DNA of 56,363 nt from NCBI GenBank assembly GCA_035297125.1, contig DATGZQ010000023.1, positions 1-56,363 of the forward strand, given 5' to 3'. Below are positions 37,053-46,446 of this stretch, in pieces. Source of the DNA: Thermoplasmata archaeon (GTDB taxonomy: Archaea > Thermoplasmatota > Thermoplasmata > Lutacidiplasmatales > UBA184). The stretch's first letter is position 1, and each line of letters begins with the position of its first letter. The notes beneath the pieces were generated by a model. That model was given only the letters and a program-made list of their open reading frames with translations, made no database searches and had not been told where the DNA came from. Position numbers and translations under genes: made by a program.

Positions 37053-37691
37053 GTGCTGGGCGACCACGAGGGCGAGGCCGCGGTCCGATTGGCCCGCCGG
37101 TCGGTAGAAAAGGCGCTCGGCGTCGGCCCTACCGGACCGTCGGTCGAGGTTCCCCGCAGCTTCGACCAGCCCCGCGGCGTCTTCGTCACGCTGAAGCGGC
37201 ACCCGGACGGACGCCTCCGCGGCTGCGTCGGGTACCCCCTAGCCGTCCTACCCCTTCGGTCGGCGGTCTCGGACGCGGCGGTGTCGGCGGCGTGCGACGA
37301 CCCCCGGTTCCCGTCCGTATCGCCGTCCGAACTCCCGCGCCTCACGTTCGAGGTCTCGATCCTGACCGTTCCGGTGCCCGTCCCCGGCCCTGGACCGGAG
37401 GCGATTGCCCGGGCGATCCATGTGGGCCGTGACGGCCTGATCATCGAGTCGGGAGGAAGGAGCGGTCTCCTTCTCCCTCAGGTGGCGCTCGAGCAAGGGT
37501 GGACTGCGGAGGAGTTTCTGGACGGGGCGTGCGAGAAGGCGGGTCTCTCCCCCGGAGCTTGGCGATCCCCTGCGGTCCGGGTTCGGCGGTTCGAGGCCGA
37601 GGTGTTCCACGAACGGGAACCGTCGGGACGGGTCGAGCGCTCGTCTGGGGGCGCCAGCCCTACGCGCGAACGACCCGGGCCGAGAAGGTGA
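37053..37691 (+). CDS. AMMECR1 (TIGR00296) family protein
   Basis: RGVFVTL, LRGCVG, DPRFPSV, EVSIL, GRDGLII, GLLLPQVA, FLDGACEKAG. Confidence 0.92.
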   Translation: MLGDHEGEAAVRLARRSVEKALGVGPTGPSVEVPRSFDQPRGVFVTLKRHPDGRLRGCVGYPLAVLPLRSAVSDAAVSAACDDPRFPSVSPSELPRLTFEVSILTVPVPVPGPGPEAIARAIHVGRDGLIIESGGRSGLLLPQVALEQGWTAEEFLDGACEKAGLSPGAWRSPAVRVRRFEAEVFHEREPSGRVERSSGGASPTRERPGPRR

Positions 37692-40620
37692 GCCCCTCGA
37701 ACTCCCAGGTCCGGACGTCGGGGCCCGCGGAGAGCGGAGCGTCGACGAGCTCGAAGGAGTCCGCGAGCAGCTCGCGCGCCAGGGATTCGCGTCGGGGCTC
37801 GACCGCGCGCTTCAAGGTCTCGTCCAGTGCGATGTCTACCCGGATCCGCTGGCTGTAGAGGAGACCGAGCTCCTTTCGGCGCTGCTGGAGCCGGCGCGCG
37901 ACCTCCCGGGCGAGGCCCTCCTCGAGGAGCTCGTCGGTCGGCCGGCTCGGCAACGCGGCGGTCGGGATTCCGTCGGACTCCCGGACGAACCACTCACCGT
38001 CCGGGTACTGGGCGCGGGTGGAGGCAGGGACCCGGACGACGCGGCGCACGTTGAGCTCGCTCGCGAGTAGGGTAGTCGCCTCCTCACCCAGCCCGGAGAG
38101 GTCGGGACCCGAGGCCCCGAACACCACGAGCTCGAGCAGGGGAACGCGGGCCTTCACCCCGGCGCGCTGCCGGAGCTCCCTGCCGACCTCGACCAGGGCG
38201 CGGAGCTCGTCCATCCCGCGCTCGAGTGGAAGGTCGCGGGTCGCGAGCTCAGACGGCCAAGGGGTGAGGTGCACCGAGAGGTCGGCGGTGGAGAACCCCG
38301 CCTCGCCCACTTCCTGGTGGACCCACTCCGCCGTGAACGGAAGCAACGGGGCGACGATCCGCGAGAGGCCGAGGAGGACGTACGACAGCGTCTCGTGAGC
38401 GTTCTGGCGGTCCGCCGGGGTCGTCTCGCCCCAGAAACGGGGGCGGGATCGCCGGAGGTACCAGGTCGAGAGGTCGTCCACGAACGTCCGGATCGCGATG
38501 GCCCCGGCGCGCGGGTCGTAGGATTCGAGCGACGCTTCCACGGCGGAGCGCGTCCCCTCCAGCCGGGAGAGGAGCCACCGGTCGAGGACCCTCGGGGGCG
38601 CCGGACGGTCGCGTTGCGGGGGCAGGTGATCGGCTCTGGCGTTGCCAAGATGGAAGGTGACGGCATGTCGCAGCGTCCCCAGGGTTCGCGCCGCCGACTT
38701 CTCGATCCCTGTCTCGCCGATCCTCATCGGTTCCGTGAAATCGATCGTGAGGAACGCCCAACGCGCGGCGTCACCGCCAAGCCGCTCGAGAAGGGCCAAC
38801 GGCTCCAGCGCGTTCCCCTTCGATTTCGACATCTTGCGCCCCGACTCGTCGAGGACGAGGCCTGTGGTGATGCACGTCCGGTACGCCGGGCGGTCGAACA
38901 ACGCCACCGCGATCACGAGGAGAGAGTAGAACCAGCCCCGGGTCTGGTCGAGCCCCTCGGCGACGTAGTCGAGGGGGGCTGCGGGGTCGAACGGACCGGG
39001 CTCGAACGGGTAGTGGAACTGCGCGAACGGGGCTGAGCCGCTGTCGTACCAGGCGTCGATCGTGTACGGCTCCCGGCGGGCGTCGTGGCCGCACACCGCG
39101 CAGCGGAGGGTAAGCCGGTCGACCATCACCCGGTGAGGATCGAGAGGGTCGGGGAGGGGCGTGGTCGAGCGTTTGGCCAGGTCAGCGAAGCTTCCCACGC
39201 AGGTCGCGTGCCCCGCTTCGCAGACCCAGATCGGGAGCGGCGTCCCCCAGTAACGGCTCCGCGAGAGCGCCCAATCCTTCGCTTCCGTTAGGAAGTTCCC
39301 GAACCGACCGTCCCGGTAGCTCTCGGGGATCCAGAGGACCGACCGGTTGTGCCGGACGAGGCCCTCCGTGACGCGCGAGGTGCGGACGAACCAGGAGTCG
39401 ATCGCGCGGTAGAGGAGCGCCGAGTCGCACCGCCAGCAGAACGGGTAGGTGTGGCGAAGCGACTCGGACCGGTACAGCAGGCCCCGTTCCTCGAGGTCCC
39501 GGACCAGGATCGGGTCGGCGACCTTGAACGCCTTGCCCACCACCTTCGGTACCCGGTCCGTGAAGTGACCGCGTCCGTCCAGGGGGTCGAACACCCCGAC
39601 GCGCTCGCGCTGTCCGATCCTCAGATCGTCCGGGCCGAAGCTCGGCGCCACATGGACGAATCCGGTCCCCTCCTCCACCGTGACGAAGTCGTCGAGCACG
39701 ACGCGGTACCGTCCCGCCGCCGGGCCGGGCGTGTCGAACGGGGGCTGGTACACCGCACCCGAAAGGTCTCGTCCGTGGAGGCGCGCGACGATGTCGGCGC
39801 CGTCCGGGAAGTAGCGGGGTACGGCTACCGACGCGAGGACGACCTCCGACCCTCCGGGCTCCCGGACGACGGAGTACTCGAGGCCCTCGCGCGCCGCGAC
39901 CAGCAGGTTCGCCGGCAGGGTCCACGGCGTCGTCGTCCAAACGAGGAGGTCTCGTCGGGTCGGGCCCGCGCCCGAGAGCGAGAATCGAATCGTGATGGAC
40001 GGGTCGGTCGTCTCGTGGTACCCTTGTGCGACCTCATGGGACGAGAGCGTGGTCTCGCAGCGAGGGCAGTACGGGAGGACGTAGTGGCCCTTCTCGAGCA
40101 TTCCCTTGTCGAACAGGGTCTTCAGGGACCACCAGACGCTCTCGATGTACGGCGGGTCCATCGTCCGGTACGCCCGGTCGTAATCGAGCCAGTACCCCAG
40201 CCCCCGGCTCATCGCCTGCCAGACCGACGCCACCCGGAGCGTGTCGGTCCGGCACGCCTCGCAGAACCGGTCCACGCCGAACGATTCGATGTCGTGGTGC
40301 GAACGGAGGCCATTGCGTTTCTCGATCTCTAGCTCGACCGGAAGCCCGTGGCAGTCCCAGCCGGCCATCGAGCTGACGATGCGGAAGCCGCGCATCCGGC
40401 GGTAGCGCAGCTGGAGGTCCTTGAGGACCCGCGCGACCAGGTGCCCCACGTGGGGCGGTCCGTTCGCGGTAGGAGGTCCTTCGGTGAACCGGAAGACCGG
40501 TCCGTCGGCGACGCCCGAGATGGCGCGCGCGGGCACCGCGGTCCGCTCCCAGTAGGCGAGCACCCGCTCCTGGACCGCGACCCCGGACGGAGCGCCCGCC
40601 TCTCCCTCCTCGGTCGGCAC
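37660..40620 (-). CDS. ileS: Isoleucyl-tRNA synthetase (archaeal/eukaryotic type)
   Basis: EGPPTANGPPHVGH, GWDCHGLPVE, WTTTPWTLPAN, GTGFVHVAP, DWALSRSRYWGTPLP, EGLDQTRGWFY, KMSKSKGN. GTG 40620 is preferred because the track's TTG 40656 overlaps the TATA box. Confidence 0.96.
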   Translation of the reverse strand: MPTEEGEAGAPSGVAVQERVLAYWERTAVPARAISGVADGPVFRFTEGPPTANGPPHVGHLVARVLKDLQLRYRRMRGFRIVSSMAGWDCHGLPVELEIEKRNGLRSHHDIESFGVDRFCEACRTDTLRVASVWQAMSRGLGYWLDYDRAYRTMDPPYIESVWWSLKTLFDKGMLEKGHYVLPYCPRCETTLSSHEVAQGYHETTDPSITIRFSLSGAGPTRRDLLVWTTTPWTLPANLLVAAREGLEYSVVREPGGSEVVLASVAVPRYFPDGADIVARLHGRDLSGAVYQPPFDTPGPAAGRYRVVLDDFVTVEEGTGFVHVAPSFGPDDLRIGQRERVGVFDPLDGRGHFTDRVPKVVGKAFKVADPILVRDLEERGLLYRSESLRHTYPFCWRCDSALLYRAIDSWFVRTSRVTEGLVRHNRSVLWIPESYRDGRFGNFLTEAKDWALSRSRYWGTPLPIWVCEAGHATCVGSFADLAKRSTTPLPDPLDPHRVMVDRLTLRCAVCGHDARREPYTIDAWYDSGSAPFAQFHYPFEPGPFDPAAPLDYVAEGLDQTRGWFYSLLVIAVALFDRPAYRTCITTGLVLDESGRKMSKSKGNALEPLALLERLGGDAARWAFLTIDFTEPMRIGETGIEKSAARTLGTLRHAVTFHLGNARADHLPPQRDRPAPPRVLDRWLLSRLEGTRSAVEASLESYDPRAGAIAIRTFVDDLSTWYLRRSRPRFWGETTPADRQNAHETLSYVLLGLSRIVAPLLPFTAEWVHQEVGEAGFSTADLSVHLTPWPSELATRDLPLERGMDELRALVEVGRELRQRAGVKARVPLLELVVFGASGPDLSGLGEEATTLLASELNVRRVVRVPASTRAQYPDGEWFVRESDGIPTAALPSRPTDELLEEGLAREVARRLQQRRKELGLLYSQRIRVDIALDETLKRAVEPRRESLARELLADSFELVDAPLSAGPDVRTWEFEGLTFSARVVRA

Positions 40621-40676
40621 GGACGGTCGCGACGCAGCGGGGGGAATAAAGGCCAACGTGCGCCGCCGGAGAGCTG

Positions 40677-41474
40677 CTACCGGGTGAGACCGGGGTGCGG
40701 GGGGCTCCGCGATTCGGGGCCGACGCGGCTGGAAGCATGGGCCCGGACGACCGTACCCTCGACCGTCCTCACATGACAGTCACGACCGAGGGTGATCGAC
40801 TTCCCGCGAACGAACTCGACGTCGATCCCTTCCAGATCGACCGTCTCTGCCTCGATCCTCTCCACGGTCACCGAGGTCCGCCCGCCCAGGATCCGTTGTA
40901 GGGGGTTCGACGCGCGCCTCCCCAGACGGACGGTCTGTGCCTCGATCGTGCCGATCGCCGAGCCCCCTTCCAGGGACGCCTCCACGCGAGGCGCTGCGAC
41001 CGCGCCCGGGACCCGTGCCTGGCCGCGCAGGGTCAGGTCCCCGGCCTTGACCGATGGCACGGCTATCGAACCGTGCATCCGGAGCGCGCCCGTGACTCGG
41101 ACTTCCCCGCTCGAACGGACCGTTCCGCTAAGGGTAGCCTCGGACGCGCGCACGCTCCCTCCGGCCTTGAAGGTACCCAACGTCGTCAGGGTTGAACGGA
41201 CCTCCACGGAGCCGGCGACATCGAGGATCCCCCGGGCGTCGAACGAGTCGGCGGAGAGGTTCCCCCCGACCACGGTGGTTCCCTTCGACCTACCCGCCCC
41301 TACGTCCACATCCCCCAGGACCTTCGCCGTGCCGGCGACGTCCCAGTGGAGCGCGTGGACGGTGTCACGCCGAACGACACCCCGGTCGGAGAGCGCGCCC
41401 GTGCGAGCGGGGGGCGGGGCGGACGAAGCCTTGGTAGGAGAAGGGGCGGCTGGAGCGGAAGGTGTCGCCGCCAC
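40677..41474 (-). CDS. Bactofilin-like beta-helical polymer-forming protein (YhbE/YhbF type)
   Basis: Repeating V/L-x-G-x-V/L beta-strand units; C-terminal VERIEAETVDLEGIDVEFVRGKSITLGRDCHV matches the YhbE/F-type ending; GAGGA SD before the GTG. Confidence 0.75.
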   Translation of the reverse strand: MAATPSAPAAPSPTKASSAPPPARTGALSDRGVVRRDTVHALHWDVAGTAKVLGDVDVGAGRSKGTTVVGGNLSADSFDARGILDVAGSVEVRSTLTTLGTFKAGGSVRASEATLSGTVRSSGEVRVTGALRMHGSIAVPSVKAGDLTLRGQARVPGAVAAPRVEASLEGGSAIGTIEAQTVRLGRRASNPLQRILGGRTSVTVERIEAETVDLEGIDVEFVRGKSITLGRDCHVRTVEGTVVRAHASSRVGPESRSPPHPGLTR

Positions 41475-41480
41475 AGTTCC

Positions 41481-41912
41481 TCAGTGGGTCCCCATGGCCG
41501 GGATGCCCAGTCGCCGATGCTGGACCATGATGCACAGGTTCTCGAAAACCGTCAGGCCCGCCCGGCGGCCCCGGGCCGACGCCTCCGCGTTCTCCACACC
41601 CAGCTGCATCCAGACCGTGGGCACAGGCCGTGCGATCGCCTCGTCGACGACCGGAGGGACCTGCTCGCTCTTGCGGAAGACGTCCACGATGTCGACCCGG
41701 ATATCGTGGGGAATCTCGGCGACCGAGGGGTACGATCGTTCCCCCAGCACTTCGCGGACCATCGGGTTCACCGGGACGATCCGGTATCCCTGGGATTGGA
41801 GGTACCGCGCGATCTCGTTCGAGTCGCGCGCCGGCTTGTCCGAGAGACCGACCACGGCGATGGTCCGCGCCCGCTCGAGGACGGAGCGCATCTCGCCGTC
41901 GGTGGGGGTCAT
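41481..41912 (-). CDS. CoA-binding protein (YccU-like)
   Basis: IAVVGLSDKPARDS, YRIVPVNP, VDIVDVFRKS, VWMQLGV, NLCIMVQH. Confidence 0.92.
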   Translation of the reverse strand: MTPTDGEMRSVLERARTIAVVGLSDKPARDSNEIARYLQSQGYRIVPVNPMVREVLGERSYPSVAEIPHDIRVDIVDVFRKSEQVPPVVDEAIARPVPTVWMQLGVENAEASARGRRAGLTVFENLCIMVQHRRLGIPAMGTH

Positions 41913-41998
41913 CGGGAGGGGAACGGCGACCCGTTCTTGATGCTGACGGCCCGGACCGGCCACCGAACCGCTATGACGGGGCGGGTCTCCACGGTGGC

Positions 41999-42385
41999 AT
42001 GCACCTCGACTACGCCGGTATCCGTGTCACGAACCTGTCGAAGGCGGTCCGGTTCTTCACCAAGGGGCTGGGGCTGAACGTGCTCCGCCGGGGACGCATG
42101 GCCCACGGCGGCGTCTGGGTCCTCCTCGGGGACCGGATCTCGGGTCAGCGGCTCGAGCTCAACTGGTACCCCAAGGGCTCGCGGTACGCGACGCCGTTCG
42201 TCCCGGGCGAGGGCCTCGACCACATCGGGGTCCGGGTCAACAGCATGGCAGCCGCCGGGAAGCAGCTGCGAAAGGCCGGCGCGCTCAAGGTCGACGAGTT
42301 TCGCTGGCGCGGCGAGCTCCAGATCGAGTACTATGAGGGGCCAGACGGACTCTGGATCGAGCTCATCAAGAGTCCGAGTCACTAG
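41999..42385 (+). CDS. VOC (glyoxalase/bleomycin-resistance) family protein
   Basis: GIRVTNLSKAVRFFTKGLG, LELNW, GLDHIGVRV, GPDGLWIELI. Confidence 0.85.
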   Translation: MHLDYAGIRVTNLSKAVRFFTKGLGLNVLRRGRMAHGGVWVLLGDRISGQRLELNWYPKGSRYATPFVPGEGLDHIGVRVNSMAAAGKQLRKAGALKVDEFRWRGELQIEYYEGPDGLWIELIKSPSH

Positions 42386-43241
42386 GCCGAGTGTCCGCCG
42401 CCAGGGCGACCGGCCCGGGCCAGTCCAGGTCTTCCGGCGGGTCCGGACCGGGGTTGCTCAGGCAGAAGATTCCGATCAGCACCCCGACGAGCACCGGGAG
42501 ATAGCGGAACAACGCGCCCCACTCGACCGAGATTATCGTCAGGAACGCCGAGGCGTCGAACGCACCGTGGAGGACCGCGGGGACCAGGAGGTTCCCGCCC
42601 GATAGCCGGTACGTCGCCGCGAACGCGAACCCCACCAGGAAGAGGCTGGGGAAGACGAGGATCGAGGCGATCCCGTAGGTCGATCCGTAGTAGAGGTGGA
42701 GCCCGGCGAACAGCACGCTCGTCCACGTCGCGGGGACCAGCCACGACCCCGGTCGGCCCCGCCAGAATCCGAAGATCCACCCTCGGAAGATCGTCTCCTC
42801 GATCGCACCGATGGCGAATGAGAGGCCGACGAAGAACCATGGGTCCCCCGCGGCCGCGACGAGCGGCGGTGGCGTGCTCTTGAGCGCCTGGAGCGCGCTC
42901 GGGTCGACGGCCAGGAAGATCACCGCCAGCACGAGCGTCACGAAGAGCCCGAGGACGGAGAGCAGCCCGTACCAGCGCAATCCCTGCCAGGTGGCGAGGC
43001 GCATCCGGCTCCGCCAGCGCCGTAGCGGACCGGCCCCCACGAGGATCGAGAAGGCGGCCACCGGGATCCCGTAGGCCACGAGGAGGTCCCCGACCAGGTT
43101 GCCGTAGACGACCCGGGTCGCGGGAATCGCGTCGGGGACGAAGTACTGACTCAGGATCGCGAGGACCGTGATCGCCACGCCGGTCGCGTACGCCGTCGTC
43201 GACGCCGAGGGGGGCGCGCCCGGTTCGGGTGACGCCGGCAT
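42366..43241 (-). CDS. CPBP/Abi (type II CAAX) intramembrane metalloprotease
   Basis: EETIFRG, FAGLH, HGAFD motifs intact; about 8 TM. Confidence 0.88.
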   Translation of the reverse strand: MPASPEPGAPPSASTTAYATGVAITVLAILSQYFVPDAIPATRVVYGNLVGDLLVAYGIPVAAFSILVGAGPLRRWRSRMRLATWQGLRWYGLLSVLGLFVTLVLAVIFLAVDPSALQALKSTPPPLVAAAGDPWFFVGLSFAIGAIEETIFRGWIFGFWRGRPGSWLVPATWTSVLFAGLHLYYGSTYGIASILVFPSLFLVGFAFAATYRLSGGNLLVPAVLHGAFDASAFLTIISVEWGALFRYLPVLVGVLIGIFCLSNPGPDPPEDLDWPGPVALAADTRPSDSDS

Positions 43242-43303
43242 GAGCCGTCCGCGATGAGGGGACGCGCCCTCATAGCCCCGTCCTCCTTCCGCCCGGTCCC
43301 GAC

Positions 43304-45118
43304 ATGGATTTCGTCGTTCTCGCGAAAGTGGTTCCGGCGTTGGAATCTATCCGGTACGATCCCGTCCGTCGCACGGTGATCCGCGACGGAGCCGAGCTGT
43401 ACCTGAACCCGTTCGATCAGCGTGCCCTCCGTGTTGCCCTCGAACTCCGACGGTCGGGGGAGACGGTCCGGGTCGTCTCGCTAGGTCCCCCGAGCGCGGC
43501 GGCCGCGTTGCGGGAAGCCCGCGCCCTCGGAGCGGACCAGGTCCGCCTTCTCTCCGACCCGGGCTTCGCGGGCTCGGACGTTCTTGCGACGGCGCGCGCG
43601 CTCGTCCAAGGCATCGGACCCCTCGGCAACGCCCTCGTGTTGGCGGGAGCCTGGGCCACCGACAGTGAGACCGGCCAGGTCGGGCCTGAGGTAGCGGGCC
43701 TCCTGGGGATCCCGGTGGTAAGCAATGCCCGGTCGATCGTCCGGAGCCCGGACGAATCGAGCTTCTCGATCGAGGCCGATACTCCGACGGGTTGGGTCAG
43801 GGTCCGTGCGGCCCCTCCCCTCGTCATCACCGTAGGGGAAAAGATCGCGAAGCCCCTGCGGCCGACCCCCGAGTCCCTTTCCGCTCTCCACGAACCCACC
43901 GTGGAGATCGTGGGCGTGCGAGAGCTCGAGATCGACCCCGCCTTGGTGGGAGTGCGGGGTTCGCCTACGGAGGTCGTGGCCATCGAAGAGGCGGCTCCGT
44001 CCCGCGCGCCTCGCGTCTTCGCCCAAGGCGCTCCGGAAGTCCGCGTCCGTGAGGCGGTGGAGGCGCTTCGACCGCTCCTCCGCCGTCCCGCGGACCCGCC
44101 GACCCCGCTCCCACCCGCACCATCCTCGCTGCTCGCGGACCGCGAGGTCGCGGTCCTCGTCACCGACAGCTCCGGCGCGCTCGACGTCGACGCGACTGGC
44201 GTGCTCTCCGAGGTTCGTCGGACGCTTCCCGGTCGTTGGCCCTCGGCGATATGGGTCGGCGCACCGCCCCCCGAGGGAGCGACGTACCGTCTCGAGCTCG
44301 CCGGCGCCCTCGGGGGGTACATCCTCGACCCAGCGGGGGTTCCGTTCGATTCCAGCTCGGTCGCCATCGCCGTCGGCGGCGTGCTGGACACCAGACCGGC
44401 GCTGGGTGCGGTCGTGTTCTCGGGAAGTCCGTTCGGCAAGGAGGTCGCCGGTCTACTGGCCGCACGCCGGGCGCTGGGGTTGGTCGGGGACGCGGTGACC
44501 GTGAGCGCGGGCACCGACGGCCGTCTTCTCTGGAAGAAACCGTCGTTCGGGGGACGGACCCTCGCCGCGATACGGACCAAGACTCGGCCGGGGCTGGCGA
44601 CCGTCCGACCCGGAACGTTCGCCCCGTCCACGGAAGCCGGCGGTCCGGGAGGGTTCCGTTGGAGGTCGATCCGCGTTCCCTGGCCGGCGCCGAGAGTGGT
44701 GCGGGAGGCCGAGGGGCGCGAGCTCGAGCCGGGCGTGTCGATCGAGCGGTCCGAGGTGGTGGTAGCCGTCGGGATGGGTGTGGGCGGCCCCGACGGGATC
44801 GCCCGCCTCCGTCCGACCCTTGCGACCTGGGGCGCGGCGCTCACGGCGACCCGTCGCGTGGTCGATGCCGGCTGGGTGCAGCGCCAGCTTCAGGTCGGAT
44901 TGACCGGGCGGGCCCTCGCGCCCCGGCTCGCGATCCTGCTCGGGGTCCGGGGGGCCCCGAACCACATGATCGGTTGGAAGCGGGCGGGGACGACCCTCGC
45001 CGTCAACCAGGACCCGGAGGCCCCGGTCTTTCACGACGTGGACGTGGGGATCGTCGGTTCGATCGAGGAGATCGTCCCCCTCCTAGAGCAGCCCGTCGCG
45101 AGCGCCCTGGGGCGGTGA
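43304..45118 (+). CDS. Fused electron transfer flavoprotein beta-alpha
   Basis: Beta: LNPFDQRALRVAL, SLGP, GSDVLATA, DSETGQVG, KPLRP. Alpha: GTDGRLLWKKPSFGG, VRPG, ATRRVVDAGW, QVGLTG, GVRGAPNH, VNQDPEAPVF. Confidence 0.9.
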   Translation: MDFVVLAKVVPALESIRYDPVRRTVIRDGAELYLNPFDQRALRVALELRRSGETVRVVSLGPPSAAAALREARALGADQVRLLSDPGFAGSDVLATARALVQGIGPLGNALVLAGAWATDSETGQVGPEVAGLLGIPVVSNARSIVRSPDESSFSIEADTPTGWVRVRAAPPLVITVGEKIAKPLRPTPESLSALHEPTVEIVGVRELEIDPALVGVRGSPTEVVAIEEAAPSRAPRVFAQGAPEVRVREAVEALRPLLRRPADPPTPLPPAPSSLLADREVAVLVTDSSGALDVDATGVLSEVRRTLPGRWPSAIWVGAPPPEGATYRLELAGALGGYILDPAGVPFDSSSVAIAVGGVLDTRPALGAVVFSGSPFGKEVAGLLAARRALGLVGDAVTVSAGTDGRLLWKKPSFGGRTLAAIRTKTRPGLATVRPGTFAPSTEAGGPGGFRWRSIRVPWPAPRVVREAEGRELEPGVSIERSEVVVAVGMGVGGPDGIARLRPTLATWGAALTATRRVVDAGWVQRQLQVGLTGRALAPRLAILLGVRGAPNHMIGWKRAGTTLAVNQDPEAPVFHDVDVGIVGSIEEIVPLLEQPVASALGR

Positions 45119-45340
45119 TCAGACCTCTTTCCCCGTGGCCCTCTCGGCGGCGCCGAGACATGCCATCAGGTCGTCCAGCGTGGCCCGGGCGCTCGCCGCG
45201 GAGGTGGCCGTGACGCGTACGGTGAGGGAGGAGCCCTGGACCCCGAGGCTCACGAAATCGGGAGTGTCGGCGACGACGGCATCCCGCAGCGCGCGCGCGG
45301 CGCGCGGCGAGCGACACGCCCGCCGCACGACGACGGTCAC
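45119..45340 (-). CDS. pcc1: KEOPS complex subunit Pcc1
   Basis: 73 aa: VTVVVRRAC...LRDAVVADTPDF...LTVRVTATSAASARATLDDLMACLGAAE; the GTG overlaps the DUF1028 stop (GTGA). Confidence 0.7.
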   Translation of the reverse strand: MTVVVRRACRSPRAARALRDAVVADTPDFVSLGVQGSSLTVRVTATSAASARATLDDLMACLGAAERATGKEV

Positions 45341-46338
45341 TCGGACCGAGGGCGCTTGGGAGCGGGCGGCGCCGATGCGGACCCTCCTCCGGGGGACGCC
45401 CCCGGGCCGCGGTCCAACGCTCCCGGAACGATAGGCGCCGCCCGCGTGCGGCGCTCGGTCTCCTGAGCGGCGCGTTCCCGCAGGTACGCGAGGATGGACG
45501 GCCAGACGGTCCCGTCGTCCCGTTGCTTGTTCTCGAAATTGTGCTCGCCGATGAACCGCGCGAACGCCGCCTGGCTCGCCGGGTCCCAGCTGCCGTTGAG
45601 CCGGCCGGTGTAGTATCCCAGGACGAGCAGGTCGTGCTGGAGCGCGGTCGCGGTCTCGCCCTGGATCCGGACGAGCGTGCCCGGGTCCTCGCGGGAGAGC
45701 ATCGTGAGGTCGTAGAGGTGGAAGACCCGCTTGAGCTCCTCGATCGGGTGGGGATGATCGTCGACGCGCACGTCGACCCAGCGATCGCTCGCCCCTCCGT
45801 AGCCGCCCCCCTTCTTCGCGACGAGAAGGGCCGCGGATTGCATCCCGCGGCGGTCGCCCCCCTCCCGCTGGCCGGCCGCAAGGGCGGCGAGCATCCGATC
45901 GAGGACGTCGCCGCTCGTGGTCTCGTAGGCTCGTGCCATCGAGTGCACGACCGCGGGCCCGACGAGGATGTTGCCCTGGCACGCAAACCCGTTCCCGACC
46001 TCGTGGCCGGCCCAGGCGTTGCACTTCGTGCCGGTGAACGACGCGGCGCCGCCCTTTGCGTCGACCACCCCGAGCTGCCGCTCGTCCCGGCCGTTGTCCG
46101 CGCTCGTGAGGCGCCGGACGACCTCGTCGGCCGACACGCCCTTTCGGAGCAGGGCCAGGCCGTCCGGGCCGTAGGCCGTGTTCGCCAGAGCTTGGGTCGC
46201 GACCGCCCCGGCGCCGGCCTCGACAAACGGAACGACGGCTCCCACCGCAATGAACTTCGACTGGACCGCGACCCCCCACGCGCCGGTCTCCGGGTCGTGA
46301 GCGACGATAGAGAAGGTCCCGAACCTCGGGGTCCGCAT
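45337..46338 (-). CDS. DUF1028 (Ntn-hydrolase-like) protein with C-terminal PG-binding-like domain
   Basis: GTFSIVAHD, GVAVQSKFIAVG, GAVATQA, RQLGVVD, QGNILVG, GGDRRGMQSAAL, DVRVDDHPHPIEEL. Confidence 0.88.
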   Translation of the reverse strand: MRTPRFGTFSIVAHDPETGAWGVAVQSKFIAVGAVVPFVEAGAGAVATQALANTAYGPDGLALLRKGVSADEVVRRLTSADNGRDERQLGVVDAKGGAASFTGTKCNAWAGHEVGNGFACQGNILVGPAVVHSMARAYETTSGDVLDRMLAALAAGQREGGDRRGMQSAALLVAKKGGGYGGASDRWVDVRVDDHPHPIEELKRVFHLYDLTMLSREDPGTLVRIQGETATALQHDLLVLGYYTGRLNGSWDPASQAAFARFIGEHNFENKQRDDGTVWPSILAYLRERAAQETERRTRAAPIVPGALDRGPGASPGGGSASAPPAPKRPRSE

Positions 46339-46446
46339 AGCAGGGACGCGACGCGGCCCGGCGGATTAAGCTCACGGCGTAGGGTCGGGTCCTCCCGCGA
46401 GTCGCGTCGCCCCGCCGACGGGCGCCCGCGTCCGCTCGGTCCGGTC

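Noticed and set aside
37660-40656. IleRS as a truncated or antibiotic-resistance paralog
   Set aside because: The HIGH, KMSKS and editing motifs are intact and the length is near normal for the archaeal type; nothing marks it as accessory.
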